Positions 23,200-35,800 of a DNA stretch of 64,000 nucleotides are shown in pieces. Under the pieces are notes generated by a model, which was given only the letters and a program-made list of their open reading frames with translations, was not told the origin of the DNA and did not search any database. Source of the DNA: Scyliorhinus canicula (lineage: Eukaryota); assembly GCF_902713615.1 (NCBI RefSeq), contig NC_052146.1, positions 69,583,238-69,647,237 on the forward strand, read 5' to 3'. The translations under genes were made by a program, and so were the position numbers. Positions within the stretch are counted from its first letter, which is position 1, and every line of letters begins with the position of its first letter.

Positions 23200-25420
23200 C
23201 TGGGTGAGGTTTCTCCAAGACTTGAATAGAAAGTTGGCATGGGAAGGGGTATGGACCGTGAGCAGGAAGATGGGATTAGAAAGGGCACCCCGGTGCATTT
23301 GGGCTGACATGGGCAAGATGTACCGAACTGTCTCTTTCTGTGCTGTATTATTTCGAGGATTCCATGTTTCTATGGGAGGGATTGGTTGTAGTGATTAAAA
23401 ATGGGCCAGGGCCTCATAAAAGGGACAGTGCCTTCAGAATGCTAAAAGCACTTTGGCAGGTTGATGTTGTCACAGCCCAGGTGATGGAAAATTGGAGAAT
23501 TATCCATTGAATATGAAGGCTACTGGTGTGGAAGGTGCTGACACGGGGAACCTTTAAGGGTGGCAAAGGGGTGAGAGCAGAAATGTGGAAAATGGGTGGG
23601 CACGTTCCAGAGTCCTGTCCACTATGGTTGAAGAAATTGGAAGCTTTTTCAGGAGCGCTGGTATGTAAAGATGCACGTACAGAACAGATATGACAGAGAT
23701 AAAGAATGAGGTGCTTAACAAAAGCACAGTACCTAAATGTTCTCCCGAAATAGCTGTTGGTGTTGGTGGTATTTTCGTGATTTTTAAACGTATTATTGGT
23801 AATGGATGCCGAACAGCGAAGGAAAGCAATGGAGAAGGGCTATGTGGAGATGATAGAAGCAGGGTGAGGGCAGGGAGAGGGCAAGAAATAGACCCAACAA
23901 TGTCATGAGTTAACACGAGGGTAGGTTTGAGAGGGAGCCTGCGTAGGACTGGAACTAGGAAAATTCCACATATTCAAGAAAAAAGCAGGTCCAACCAGGA
24001 TTCATGTCGTGTCCCATTGTACTGCTTTTCATTTGGGGATGTGAGTGAAGTTGAGGAAGAAGCTGGCAGAGCGGGAACGGTCTTTTCCGAATGCTGAAAG
24101 TAAGCGGATGGTGTGATGTGCTTGGTGTTGACGCCACTCCGGAGATGCTTGAAAGGGCAGAAGATATTTGTTAAAAGATGTTGAGCCTTGATTAACCTGT
24201 TTGACTCCATTGATGAACTAACAGAGAGTGTTGATAGTCCTAATGGCTGAATAAATAGAGGCATAGAGGACAAAAACAAGCAACCCACACGAAACCTTTG
24301 TACAATATTGTTAGGCACCAGATGGCACAACGTCCAATTTTTGGCAATGCTCATGCAAAACCTGATAGCGGGTGCAGGACAGATTTAAGTAGAATGGTTC
24401 AGTGGATAATAGATTTAGTTGCATGGAAAAGCTTAAAAATTGTTTCTTAATTGGAATTTTATAGAGCTGTTCTTGAAGGATTTTGATAGAGTAAACAAGG
24501 GGGATATTTACAGTGGCAGAAGAGTGGGAGGTGATGTGCTACAGTTCACATCACAACATGTAAGACAGCACAGTAGCACAGTGGTTAGCACAGTTGCTTC
24601 ACAGCTCCAGGGTCCCAGGTTTGATTCCAGGCTTGGGTCACTGTCTGTGCGGGGGCTGCATGTTCTCCCGTATCTACGTGGTTTTCCTCCAGGTGCTCTG
24701 CTTTCCTCCCACAGTCCAAAGGTGTGCAGATTAGGTGGATTGGCCATGCTAAATTGCCTTTAGTGTCCAAAAAAAGGTTAAGTGTGGTTACTGGGTTACG
24801 GGGATAGGGTGGAGGCGTGGGCTCGAGTAAGGTGCTCTTTCCAAGGATCATCTGAATTCGAAACGTTAGCTCTTCTCTCCCTACAGATGCTGCAAGACCT
24901 ACTGGGATTTTCCATCATTTTCTTTATGGTTCAGATTCCAGCATCAGCAGTAATTTGCTTTTATCCAGTGATTTCTTCCCATGTACCCTATCTGTGTCCC
25001 TCATATTTTGTACACATGGGTGAGGTCCCCCACAGCGTCCCCTGCTTTAAGGAAATCAAGCGCAGCCTGACCAGCCTCTTTTCACAGCACTCCGGTTTGC
25101 GTTGGGCTTCACTGAAATGTTGCAGCAGGCCAAGGATGGACATGTCAGCGTGCCAATGATGGGGGTGAGGGGAAGATGTGCTTGGCGGTGCATTATTGCT
25201 GTAGTTTGTGGATATAACAGAGCGCAATCCATTGAATGCGAAGGCAAGTGGGGTGACAAGTGAGAAAAGGGGAATACTATCATGGTTCTGGCAGAGAGAG
25301 CAAGGGGTTCGGGCAGGGGTGCGAGATATGGGTGGAACACACCCCGTGAACCATAGTGAGACTTCAATCTTTTACACTGGATTAGACATCATTGGCGGTG
25401 CGGGTGTGTATGTGTTGGGG
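23200..25420 (-). mobile_element. Older, opposite-strand Penelope fragments with a pLTR (24846-24962)
   Basis: MSILGLLQHFSEAQRK (25200-25030) resembles the GIY-YIG C-terminus at 22600-22700. Highly degenerate; boundaries are approximate. Confidence 0.6.
24564..24846 (+). mobile_element. V-SINE
   Basis: Same head and core as the other copies. Confidence 0.85.
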
Positions 25421-25779
25421 GGGGGCGCTTGTTAGGGATCTGTGAGGGGCTGGGCAGTGTTGCAGGATGTAGTGTCGGTATTGCGGGGAAGGGGAGGGGG
25501 GGGGGGGGGGGCTACAAGGACAGGTCGACTTAACAACAGCAAATCAAGGAATTGAAGGGAGACCGACCCTTCATAACGACAAATGAATGGTGAATTTGCA
25601 GCAGTTGCCCTCCAAATCTTCCCATTCTGCTTCCATGGATCCACAGTGGATTGGGATAGGCAGGTCCTGAGGATCTCGTGCGGTCCCGTTCGCTCAATAA
25701 CCGGAAGAACGGTGCCAGAAAACGAGGCGGTTTCCCCTAAATGTTCGATGTTCTTTACACGGATTTACTCAGGGGTGTT

Positions 25780-27990
25780 CCTAGCGGGAGGAAAGCTTGC
25801 TCAGAAGGCGTGTTGGCTTTTCGTTCAAGGAAAATTGATTATAAAAGAAGGGAGGGTTTACTACAGTTCACGTGGCATTGGCGAAACTATTTCGGGGATT
25901 GGGTTATTGAGTTTATTCAAGTCAGACAGAGGCCATTTTCCAGTAAGCAATTAATTGTAGGGTTATGGGGGCAAACGGCAGAGGAGAGGAGACCATAACC
26001 AATTGAGCCATGACCTTCCTGAACTGCGGAGCCGGTGCGGAGCACTGAATGGCTTCATCCTGCTTCAACATCCTATGTTCGCATGTTCCCAAATCGGGTG
26101 GTGCTGGACCCCGTTGGTGGGAACGGGGTGATTGAGGAATTTTACAGGAGGCTGTATGAATCGGAGCCCCCAGTCGAGGGGCGGGGGGGTGGGGGCGGAT
26201 GCTGTGGTTCCTGGACGGGTTGGAGTTTCGCAGGGTGGAGGAGGAGTCAGTGCAGGGACTGGGAGCCACTGTTGGGTTGTGGGACGTGATGGAGAGCATG
26301 GGGGCGATGCCTGCAGTCAAGGCCCTGGGCCCAGATGGGTTACCGGTGGAGGTTTAGACAAAGTTTGGGGAGGACGTGGGGCCATTGCTGGGGAGAGCAT
26401 ATAATGAGATTCGGGAGAGGGGGAGAACTCCCCACTACTCTTTCGCAGGCCTCTATCACCCTGATATTGAAAACGGATTAGGGTCCGGAGCAGTGTGGAT
26501 CGTACTGTCCGATATTGTTGTTGAATGTGGACGTGAAGTTGTTGGCAAAAGTATTGGCTTCATGAATAGAGGACTGCGTCCCAGGGGTGATCGGCGAGGA
26601 CTAGACGGGGCTTGTGAAAGGGAGACAGGTGTCAGCAAATGTGAGGAGGTTGCTTAACGTGATTATGATGCCCCCGGAGGGCCAGGAAGTGGAGGTGGCA
26701 GTGGCGATGGACGCGGAGAAGGCTTTCGACCAGGTGCAGTGGCAGTATCTGTGAGAGGTGCTGGGGCAGTTGTGGACCGGGTCCAGTTGCTGTATAGGGC
26801 GCCTGTCCCAAGTGTGCCGATGAACTGGGTGAGCTCTGGATATTTCAGGCTGCACCGTCGGTCGAGGCAGGGGTGTCCGCTCGCTCCATTGCTTTTTGAC
26901 CTGACTATAGAGCCATTGGCAATGGAGCTCAGATCGTTGAGGGACTGGAGAGGAACTGTGCAGAGGGGGAGTGGCGAGCACTGGGTTTCGCTGTACAGGG
27001 CTGACCTGCTGTAATATATTCCTGAGCCATCGGATGGCATTGGGAACATTATGGGGATTTTGGAGGACTTTGACTAATTGTCTGAGGGCAAATTGAACAT
27101 GGGAAAGAGTGAGGTGTTCCTGATTGAGACCAGAGGGCAGGAGAGGAGGTTAGGGGAGCTGCCATTCAAGATAATGGGGGTGAGCTTTAGATACTTGGGC
27201 TTTCATGTGACATGGGATTGGATGCTAGTACATAAGTTAAATGTGACTCGGCTCATGGAGTAGATGAAGGGGGATTTTAAACAAGTGGGATGTGCTGCCA
27301 CTGTCGTTGGCAGGTCGGGTGCAGATAGTGAAGATGACAGTGCTGCCAAGGTTCCTTTCCATATTTCAAAGCCTCGCGATCTTTGTCCTGAAGTCGTTCT
27401 TTAAAAAGGTTAACAAGCTGATCTTGGGGTTTGCATGGGCTGGGAAGACCCCATGGGTCTAAAGTGCTTTTTTGCAGCAGGGCCGAGGAGGCGGGGGGCA
27501 GAGGGGGGGGGGGGGGTGAGCTTAGTGTTGCCTAATACAATTAATTACGACTGGGCAGCAAAGATCACCATGGTTAGGAAATGGGTAGCAGGGGAGGGGT
27601 TGTTATTGGGCCTCTTATATTGCTAACAGCACCTCGATGTTCTCGCCAGCCACGTACTCTGAGCCCAGTGGTGGTGTCGGCCTTGAGGATATGGGGGCAG
27701 TGGAGGCCGCATTTTGAGACTGGAGGGTGCCTCAGTGTGGGCACCGATCTGTGATAATCATAGGCTTGCACGGGCTGGGGGGCTGGATGTGAGGTTTCGG
27801 GGGCGATGGAGTTTATGAGGAACAATGGACTGGCAGCAGAAGGAGGACATTTAAATTTGGAGGAGTTTGTGAGGAGGTTTCTTTGTCTCGGGCATCTTTT
27901 CCTTTGAAATATTCTTTTGGTTTTGATGGCGCTGTGTTTGGAGGGCAGGTCCCTCTTTGGGGAGTATATCAAGGGTGAATGCACATTTTC
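25780..27990 (+). mobile_element. Old L1-type LINE ORF2 fragment (RT region)
   Basis: Colinear with 35250-37500 (RQGCPLAPLLF, KLNMGKSE, FRYLG); many stops and frameshifts. Confidence 0.85.
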
Positions 27991-30900
27991 TGCTTTTTGG
28001 GTGAACGTGGATAGGGCGGGGAAAGGGGAAAGGGGAAATTGGGGATCTAAGATGTTTGGAGGCCTTGGACGGGGGCCACCCTGCTAGCTTGGCGGGCTAG
28101 TTAACGGGCGTGCAGTGGGGGTTGTGAGGAGGTAGGCGTAGGGGAGGGGGAGGGGGAAGGGTTACTGGCAAGGGTGTGGCTGTGTGGCACAGCTGGAAAG
28201 GGAATGGACACCCAAGGATGGGCCATGAGGACCACGTGACACTGGCCAGTGATTGCCCCGAAAAGTGATATGGTTGATCGACAGGGGAGGGGAGTGGGTA
28301 GCCCCCCAACCAGGCTGGTCACGTGGAACATGAGGGGGCTGAATAGGCCAACCAAGCGGTCATGTGTGTTCATGCCTCTCAGCAGTCTGAAGGCACACAT
28401 GGTCTTTTTGCTGGGGACGGACTTACAGAATGAGTATCAGACAAGGTTCAGTAAGGGATGAGTGGGCAGATGTTCCATTTGGGACTGGATTTGAAGACTA
28501 ATGGGGGTGGCAGTGCTGGTGAATAAGTGGGTGGTGTTTGAGGTGGGGAGCATTGCGGCACATTTAGGGGGGAGGTTCATGATAGTGAGGGGGATGCTAT
28601 AGGGGATGCCGGTGGTCTTTTAAATAATAATGTCCCAAATTGGGATGATGTAGATTTCATGACGTGGATTCTCGGGAAGATTTCTGACCTGGACTCCCAC
28701 CGGTTGATCATTGGAGGATTTTAGTGTGGTTACAGAGGCAAGCTTGGACCAGTCAAGCCTGAGGTCAGGGACAGTATTGGCAGTTGTGAAGGGGCATCGG
28801 GTGGTTGGGGTGGGCGGGCATGGGCACATGGAGGTTTGGGAGACCGAGAGTGAAGGAATTCGCATTGTTTCCCATGTGCACTCCCGGATTGACCATTTTG
28901 TGGGACAGGGCATTGTTGTGAGGGGTAGTCGATTAGGAGTATTCGGCGATCGTGATCTCTGACCATACGCCACACTGGGGGGATTGGCAAGAGGACTGGG
29001 AATGGGAGGGCAGCACCCAGTGGAGACCGGATGTCGGGTTGTTGGCGGATAAGTTGGTGTGCAAGTGGGTGAGGGTTGCCATCCAGTGGTATGTAGATCT
29101 CAATGACATGGGGGAGGTAATGGCCATCAAGCTGTGGGACGCACGCAAGGTGGGGGTACATGGGGAGTTTATTTTGAATGGGCAAAGATGGCAAGGCTGG
29201 TGGAAGAGGTTCTGAGGATGGAAAGAATGCATTCGATGCCCTGGAGGTGGAGCTGTTGAAGGAGACACAGAGGCTCCAGATGGAGTTTGGATTAGTGTCC
29301 ATGGGGAAGGCAGTGGGGCAGTATATGAGCATAGTGAAAAGGCAAGTAGGATGCTGGTCTACCAGTTGAAGAAGCAGCAGGCAGCGAGATACTGGCACAG
29401 TAAATGATGAGACAGGTTGGTGGTACTGGACCCGGTTGCAGTGAATGGGGCATTTGAGGCTTTTATAGGAGATTGTATGAGTCAGGGCTCCCGGTCGGGG
29501 GGAGGGGGGGCAAGAATGTGGCAGGCGGTTCATGGATGGGTCAAAGAATCCCAGGGTAGACGAGGAGTTGGTTCAGGAATCAGGGGCGCCCATCAGGTTG
29601 TGGGAGGTGATGGAGAGTATGGGGGTGATGCAGACAGGAATGCCCCAGGCCCAGATGGGTTCCTGGTGCGGTTTTATAAAAGGTTTGGGTGGGACCTGGG
29701 GCCACTGCTTGTGAGGGCATACAATGAGGCTAGCGGCAGGAAGAACTCCCCCATACAAGCTTTGCGCAAGTCGAGAAGACACAGCCGGAGTGAGGCACAT
29801 CCAGAGTGGGAAGTTGGAACTTGGTAATTTGGTGCAGTGCGGTAATCAGGAAAGGTAAGTGGTAAGTCTAATTCTGCTGTTTTTCAGTTAAAAGTGCAGT
29901 GTGTAGATTAGTGTCTGATTGGTTAAAGCTGCCGCCACCCTAATTGCTGAGAGGCAGTTATCAGTCAGTCACCTGAGGCCTATTTAGGGGCACAAAGGTG
30001 CACATTGTATTCTTCTCTTTGAAGTTTAGGTAGTGTGAGTCATCCTGGTTAGCTGAGGTCTGTATAAAAGACAGACAGAAAGCGCACTCAGTACGCTTTG
30101 TGCAAGTCGAGAAGGCACAGCCGGAGTGAGGCACATCCAGAGTGGGAAGTTGGAACTTGGTAATTTGGTGCAGTGAGGTAATTCGGTGCAGAGGGGGAGA
30201 AGGTGCTTTTTCTCGACTGTTTTGTTCTCTCTCTTTCTTCTGACCTGTAACTTTTAATCTGCAGGGAGAGAACCAGGGAGCACCTGAGACCCTGGGTGAG
30301 TTCTCCCAGTGAGCCAGAGAAGACACAGTCAGAGTGAGACACAACCAAGAGTGAGTTTGGGAGTTTGAAGCTAGGTGGGAATTCGAAGCTGGGTGGGGAG
30401 GAGGTGCTTTTAACCCTGGTAAGTGACTGGTAAGTAGTTTTTCTTTTCATTGTCTAATTTATTTATTTATTTTTCGTTTTTTGAAATTGTAGTTGTATAA
30501 GGTTACCTAAGGTTTAAGACATTGCAGGAGAGCCCAGGCCCGTGTCATGCTCCTCGTGTGCGATGTGGGAGCTCAGGGACACGTCCACTGTCCCTGGCTC
30601 TTTCACGTGCAAGAAGTGTGTTCAGTTGCAGCTCCTGTTAGACTGCTTGACGGCTCTGGAGCTGCGGATGGACTCACTTTGGAGCATCCGCGATGATGAG
30701 GAGGTCGTGGATAGCACGTTTAGTGAGTTGGTCACACCGCAGGTGAATGTTACTGAGGGAGATGGAAAATCGGTGACCAAAAGACAGAGCAAGAGTAGGA
30801 AGGCAGTGTAGGTGTCCCCTGCCATCATCTCCCTGAAAAACAGATATACCGCTTTGGATACTGTTGAGTGAGATGGCTCACCAGGGGAAGGCAGCAGCAG

Positions 30901-32836
30901 CAAGGTTCATGGCACCGTGGCTAGCTCTGCTGCACAGCAGGGCAGGAAGAAAAATGGCAGGGTTATAGTGATAGGGGCTCAATCGTAAGGGGAATAGACA
31001 GGCGGTTCAGCAGACACAATCGAGACTCCAGGATGGTATGTTGCCTCCCTGGTGCAAGGGTCACGGATGTCTCGGTGCGGCTGCAGGACATACTGGGGAT
31101 GGGGAGGGGGTGAACAGCCAGCTGTCGTGGTGCACATAGGCACCAACGACATAGGTAAAAAAAACGGGATGAGGTCCTACAAGCTGAATTCAGGGAGTTA
31201 GGGGTTAAACTAAAAAGTAGGACCTCAAAGGTAGTAATCTGATGATTGCTACCAGTGCCACGAATTACTCAGAGTAGGAATGTCAGGATAGATAGGATGA
31301 ATGCGTGACTCGAGAGATGGTGCAAGAGGGAGGGGTTCAAATTTCTGGGGTATTGGATCTGGTTCTGGGGGAGGTGGGATCAGTACAAACCGGATGGTCT
31401 GCACCTGGGCAGGACTGGAACCGATGTCCTCGGGGGTGTGTTTGCTAGAGCTGTTGGGGAGGGTTTAAACTAATGTGGCAGGGGTATGGGAACCGATGCA
31501 GGAAGTTGGAAGGTAGTAAAATAGGGATAGAAGCAAAAGGAAGTAAGGGGGAAAGCATAAGACAGAGAAGCCATAGTCAAAAATCAAAAAGGGCGATAGT
31601 ACAAGGTACAGTGACCGAGGGGAGCTCAGTGAATAGGCCCAGTAATACTAAAATGAGTAAAACTGGAGATGTTAAGATTCAGGTAAAGTACACTTATGTT
31701 GGTTTTGTTGGTTAAAAAAAAAACAACATAAGTGTACTTTACCTGAATGCTCGTAGTATTCGGAATAAAGTAAATGAGTTGATGGCGCAAATCATCGTGA
31801 ATGGCTATGATTTAGTGGCCATTACTGAAACATGGTTAAAGGATGGTCACGACTGGGAGTTAAATATCCGAGGGTATCAAACTATTCGGAAGGACAGAGT
31901 GGATGGTAAGGGAGGTGGTGTTGCTCTGTTCTTTAAGGATGATATCCGGGCAATAGTAAGGGATGACATCGGTGCTATGGAGGATAAGGTTGAATCCATT
32001 TGGGTGGACATCAGGAATAGTAAGATGAAAAAGTCACTGATAGGAGTAGTCTATAGGCCACCAAATAGTAACGTTATGATGGGGCAGGCAACAAACAAAG
32101 AAATAACTGATGCATGTAGAAATGGTACAGCAGTTCTCATGGGGGGTTTTAATCTACATGTCGATTGGTTTAACCAGGTCGGTCAAGGCAGGCTTGAGGA
32201 GGAGTTTATACAATGTATCCGCGATGGTTTCCTTGAACAGTATGTAATGGAACCTACGAGGGAACAAGTGGTCCTAGATCTTGTCCTGTGTAATGAGACA
32301 GGATTGATTCATGATCTCTTAGTTAGGGATCCTCTCGGAAGGAGCGATCACAATATGGTGGAATTTAAAATACAGATGGAGGGTGAGAAGGTAAAATCAA
32401 ATACTAGTGTTTTGTGCTTAAAGAAAGGAAATTACAATCAAATGAGAGAAGAACTAGCTAAGATAGACTGGGAGCAAGACTTTATGGTGGACAGTTGAGG
32501 AACAGTGGAGAACCTTCCAAGTGATTTTTTACAGTGCTCAGCAAAGTTTTATACCAACAAAAAGGAAGGACGGTAGAAAGAGGGAAAATCGACCGTGGAT
32601 AACTAAGGAAATAAGGGAGAGTATCAAATTGAAGGAAAAAGCATACGAAGTGGCAAAGATTGGTGGGAGACGAGAGGACTGGGAAATCTTTAGGGGGCAA
32701 CAGAAAGCTACTAAAAAAAGTTATAAAGAAGAGTAAGATAGATTATGAGAGTAAACTTGGTCGGAATATAAAAACAGACAGTAAAAGTTTCTACAAATAT
32801 ATAAAACAAAAAAGAGTGCATAAGGTAAATATTGGT

Positions 32837-35800
32837 GGACTTCCAGTTGCGGCGATGCAGTGCTAAGCCGCACATTCAGTGGCTTCCGCTATTTTTGGAC
32901 TTTTGGGCTCTTTTAAGGTCCTGCAACGGTACTATTTTTACTTTTCCCTGGGTGGGAACGCAGCCTCTGTGCTTGGCGGCCGGTGGATGGGCTGGACTAG
33001 AAGTGGAGCGACCAGAAAATCAACTTTGCAGCAGAAGAAGGTGCGAGGCAGAAAGAACAAGATGGCGGCGGACGGGGAACCGGCAGCATGGCAGCAGTGG
33101 GCAAGGGAGCAGCAGGAGCTGCTGCTGCGCTCCTTCCAGGAACTAAAGGCTGAGATCCTGGAGCCGTTGAGGGCATCGCTGGACGGGCTCGGGGCGACTC
33201 AGACGGCTCAGTGGAGATACTCTGTGGAGATTCGTGAGCTGCAGCAGAAGGCTTCGGAGGACGAGGACAAACTCGTGGGCATGGCGGTGAAGGTGGAGTT
33301 GCAGGAGGCGCTTTACAAGAAATGGTTGGCAAGGATGGAGGAGATGGAGAATCGCTCCTGCTGGAAGAATCTGCGGATTGTGGGCCTCCCTGAGGGGCTG
33401 GAAGGTTTGGATTTGGGGGTTTACGTGATCCTGATGCCGTACTCGCTGATGTGCGCGAGGTCATTCCGGGGACCCCTGGAGCTGGAGGGTGCCCATCGGG
33501 TGATGCTGCGGAAGCCCAGGCCAAATGAGCCACCCAGGGCGGTGCTGGTCCGCTTTCACCGCTTGGACGACCGTGAGTGTGTGCTTCGTTGGGCGAAGAG
33601 GGAGAGGAGTAGCAAGTGGGAGAACACAGAGATCAGGATCTACCAGGACTGGAGTGCGAAGAGTTGCGAGTTGGCGAAGAGAAGAGCTGGGTTTAACCGG
33701 GCGAAGGCAGTGCTCCACAAGAAGGGGGTCAAGTTTGGCCTGTTGCAGCCAGCACGCCTGTGGGTCACCTACAAAGACCGCCAACTTTACTTTGGCTACC
33801 CGGAGGAGGCCTGGACTTTTGTCCAGGCAGAGAAGCTGGACTTGAACTGAAGACTGAGGGCTGGGGAACATTGTACACAGCCCGGAGGCTTTGTCCTCCT
33901 TGATATCCTTTCGCTTTTTTCTTTTTGGTTCTATTGGACGATGTTTTTTTGCTGTTCTGTTTTTTCTTGTCTGCTTTTTGTGAATGTTATCTGTTTACTT
34001 GGGTGTTTTATTATATCATGTTGGGATTTTCATTATTTCGCTGGTTGCGGGTTTGGGTGGGATTCGCGGCCCTGTTGGGTCATGTGCCTGTCTTCCGGTG
34101 CTTTGGGTCGGGGGGGGGGGCTTGGAATGGGCGCGCGGGCTTTTCTCCCACGCTGGAGACGCAGGGGGCAGGGTCGGCATTGGGTGAATGGGTATGTGTC
34201 ACTGGGGAGGGTAATTGGGGTGGCGGGAGCAGCCGGGGTCAGCAGGAGTCGACTGACTTACGGAAGTACAATGACTGGAGTTACGCAGCTAGGGTGGGCC
34301 CTAGCTTGGAGGGGTGAGGTGGGGTGGGGAGGTTTGGGGGGGGGGAAGAAGGGGGAATACTGGGTTGCTGCTGGAATAGCCAAGAAGGAGCTGGAGCGTA
34401 TAGAGCGGGTTGGGATGGGGGTCTGTCGCTGTGGGGAACGGGCTGAGCGGGGGGGCGCGGGCACGTGGAGGATTACAGAAGGGTGATGGCCAGTCGATGG
34501 GGGAGGGGGGCAGGTGGCCCACTGATCCGGCTGATCACCTGGAATGTGAGGGCACTGAATGGGCCGGTTAAACAGTCCCGCGTGTTCGCGCACCTGAAGG
34601 GGCTGAAGGCGGATGTGGCCATGCTTCAGGAGACGCACCTGAAGGTGGCGGATCAGGTTAGGTTGAGGAAGGGGTGGGTGGGCCAAGTGTTTCATTCGGT
34701 GCTGGATGCAAAAAACCAGGGGGTGGCGATCCTGGTGGGGAAGAGGGTGTCGTTTGAGGCATCGTGTGTGGTGGCAGACAGCGGTGGGAGGTATGTGATG
34801 GTGAGCGGCAAGCTACAAGGGGAGCGGGTGGTGCTGGTCAATGTATACGCCCCGAATTGGAATGATGCAGGTTTCATGCAGCGCATGTTGGGCCAGATTC
34901 CAGATTTGGAGGCGGGGGGGGCCTGATAACGGGGGGGGATTTCAACACGGTGCTGGATCCACCACTGGATCGATCCAGGTCCAGGGCGGGTAGGAGGCCT
35001 GCGGCGGCTAAGGTGCTGAGGGGGTTTATGGACCAGATGGGAGGGGTGGATCCATGGAGGTTTGCGAGGCCGAGGGCCAGGGAATTTTCATACTTCTCCC
35101 ATGTGCATAAGGCCTATTCCCGGATTTACTTTTTCATTTTAAGTAGGGCGCTGATTGCGAGGGTAGTAGACGCTGAGTACTCGGCGATAGCCATTTTGGA
35201 CCATGCCCCGCATTAGGTGAACCTCAAGCTGGGGGAGGTGAGGGACCAGTGCCCGTTGTGGCGCTTGGAGGTGGGGCTGTTGGTGGACGAGGCGGTTAGG
35301 GGGCGGGTTCGAGGATGTGTCGAGAGGTATCTAGAGGCCAACGATAATGGGCAGGTCCGAGTGGGGACGGTCTGAGAGGCACTGAAGGCGATGGTTCATG
35401 GAGAGTTGATCTCCATTCGGGCCCACAGGGAGAAAGGGGAGCAAAGAGAAAGGGAGAGATTGGTGGGGGAGATGGTGAGGGTGGACAGGAGGTACGCGGA
35501 GGCCACGGAGGGGGAATTGCTGAGGGAGCGGCGCAGCCTTTGGGCTGAGTTCGACTTGTTGACCACCAGGAAGGTGGAGGCTTAATGGAGAAAGGCTCAG
35601 GGTGCGGTGTACGAGTATGGGGAGAAGGCGAGTAGGATGCTGGCACACCAGCTCCATAAGCGGGCTGCTGCCAGGAAGATTGGTGGTGTGAAGTATCAGG
35701 GGGGAAATGTGGTGCGGAGGGGGGTAGACATTAATGGGGTCTTCAGGGACTTTTATGACAGACTATATTGGTCCGAACCTCTGGCGGAGAAGGGTGTGAT

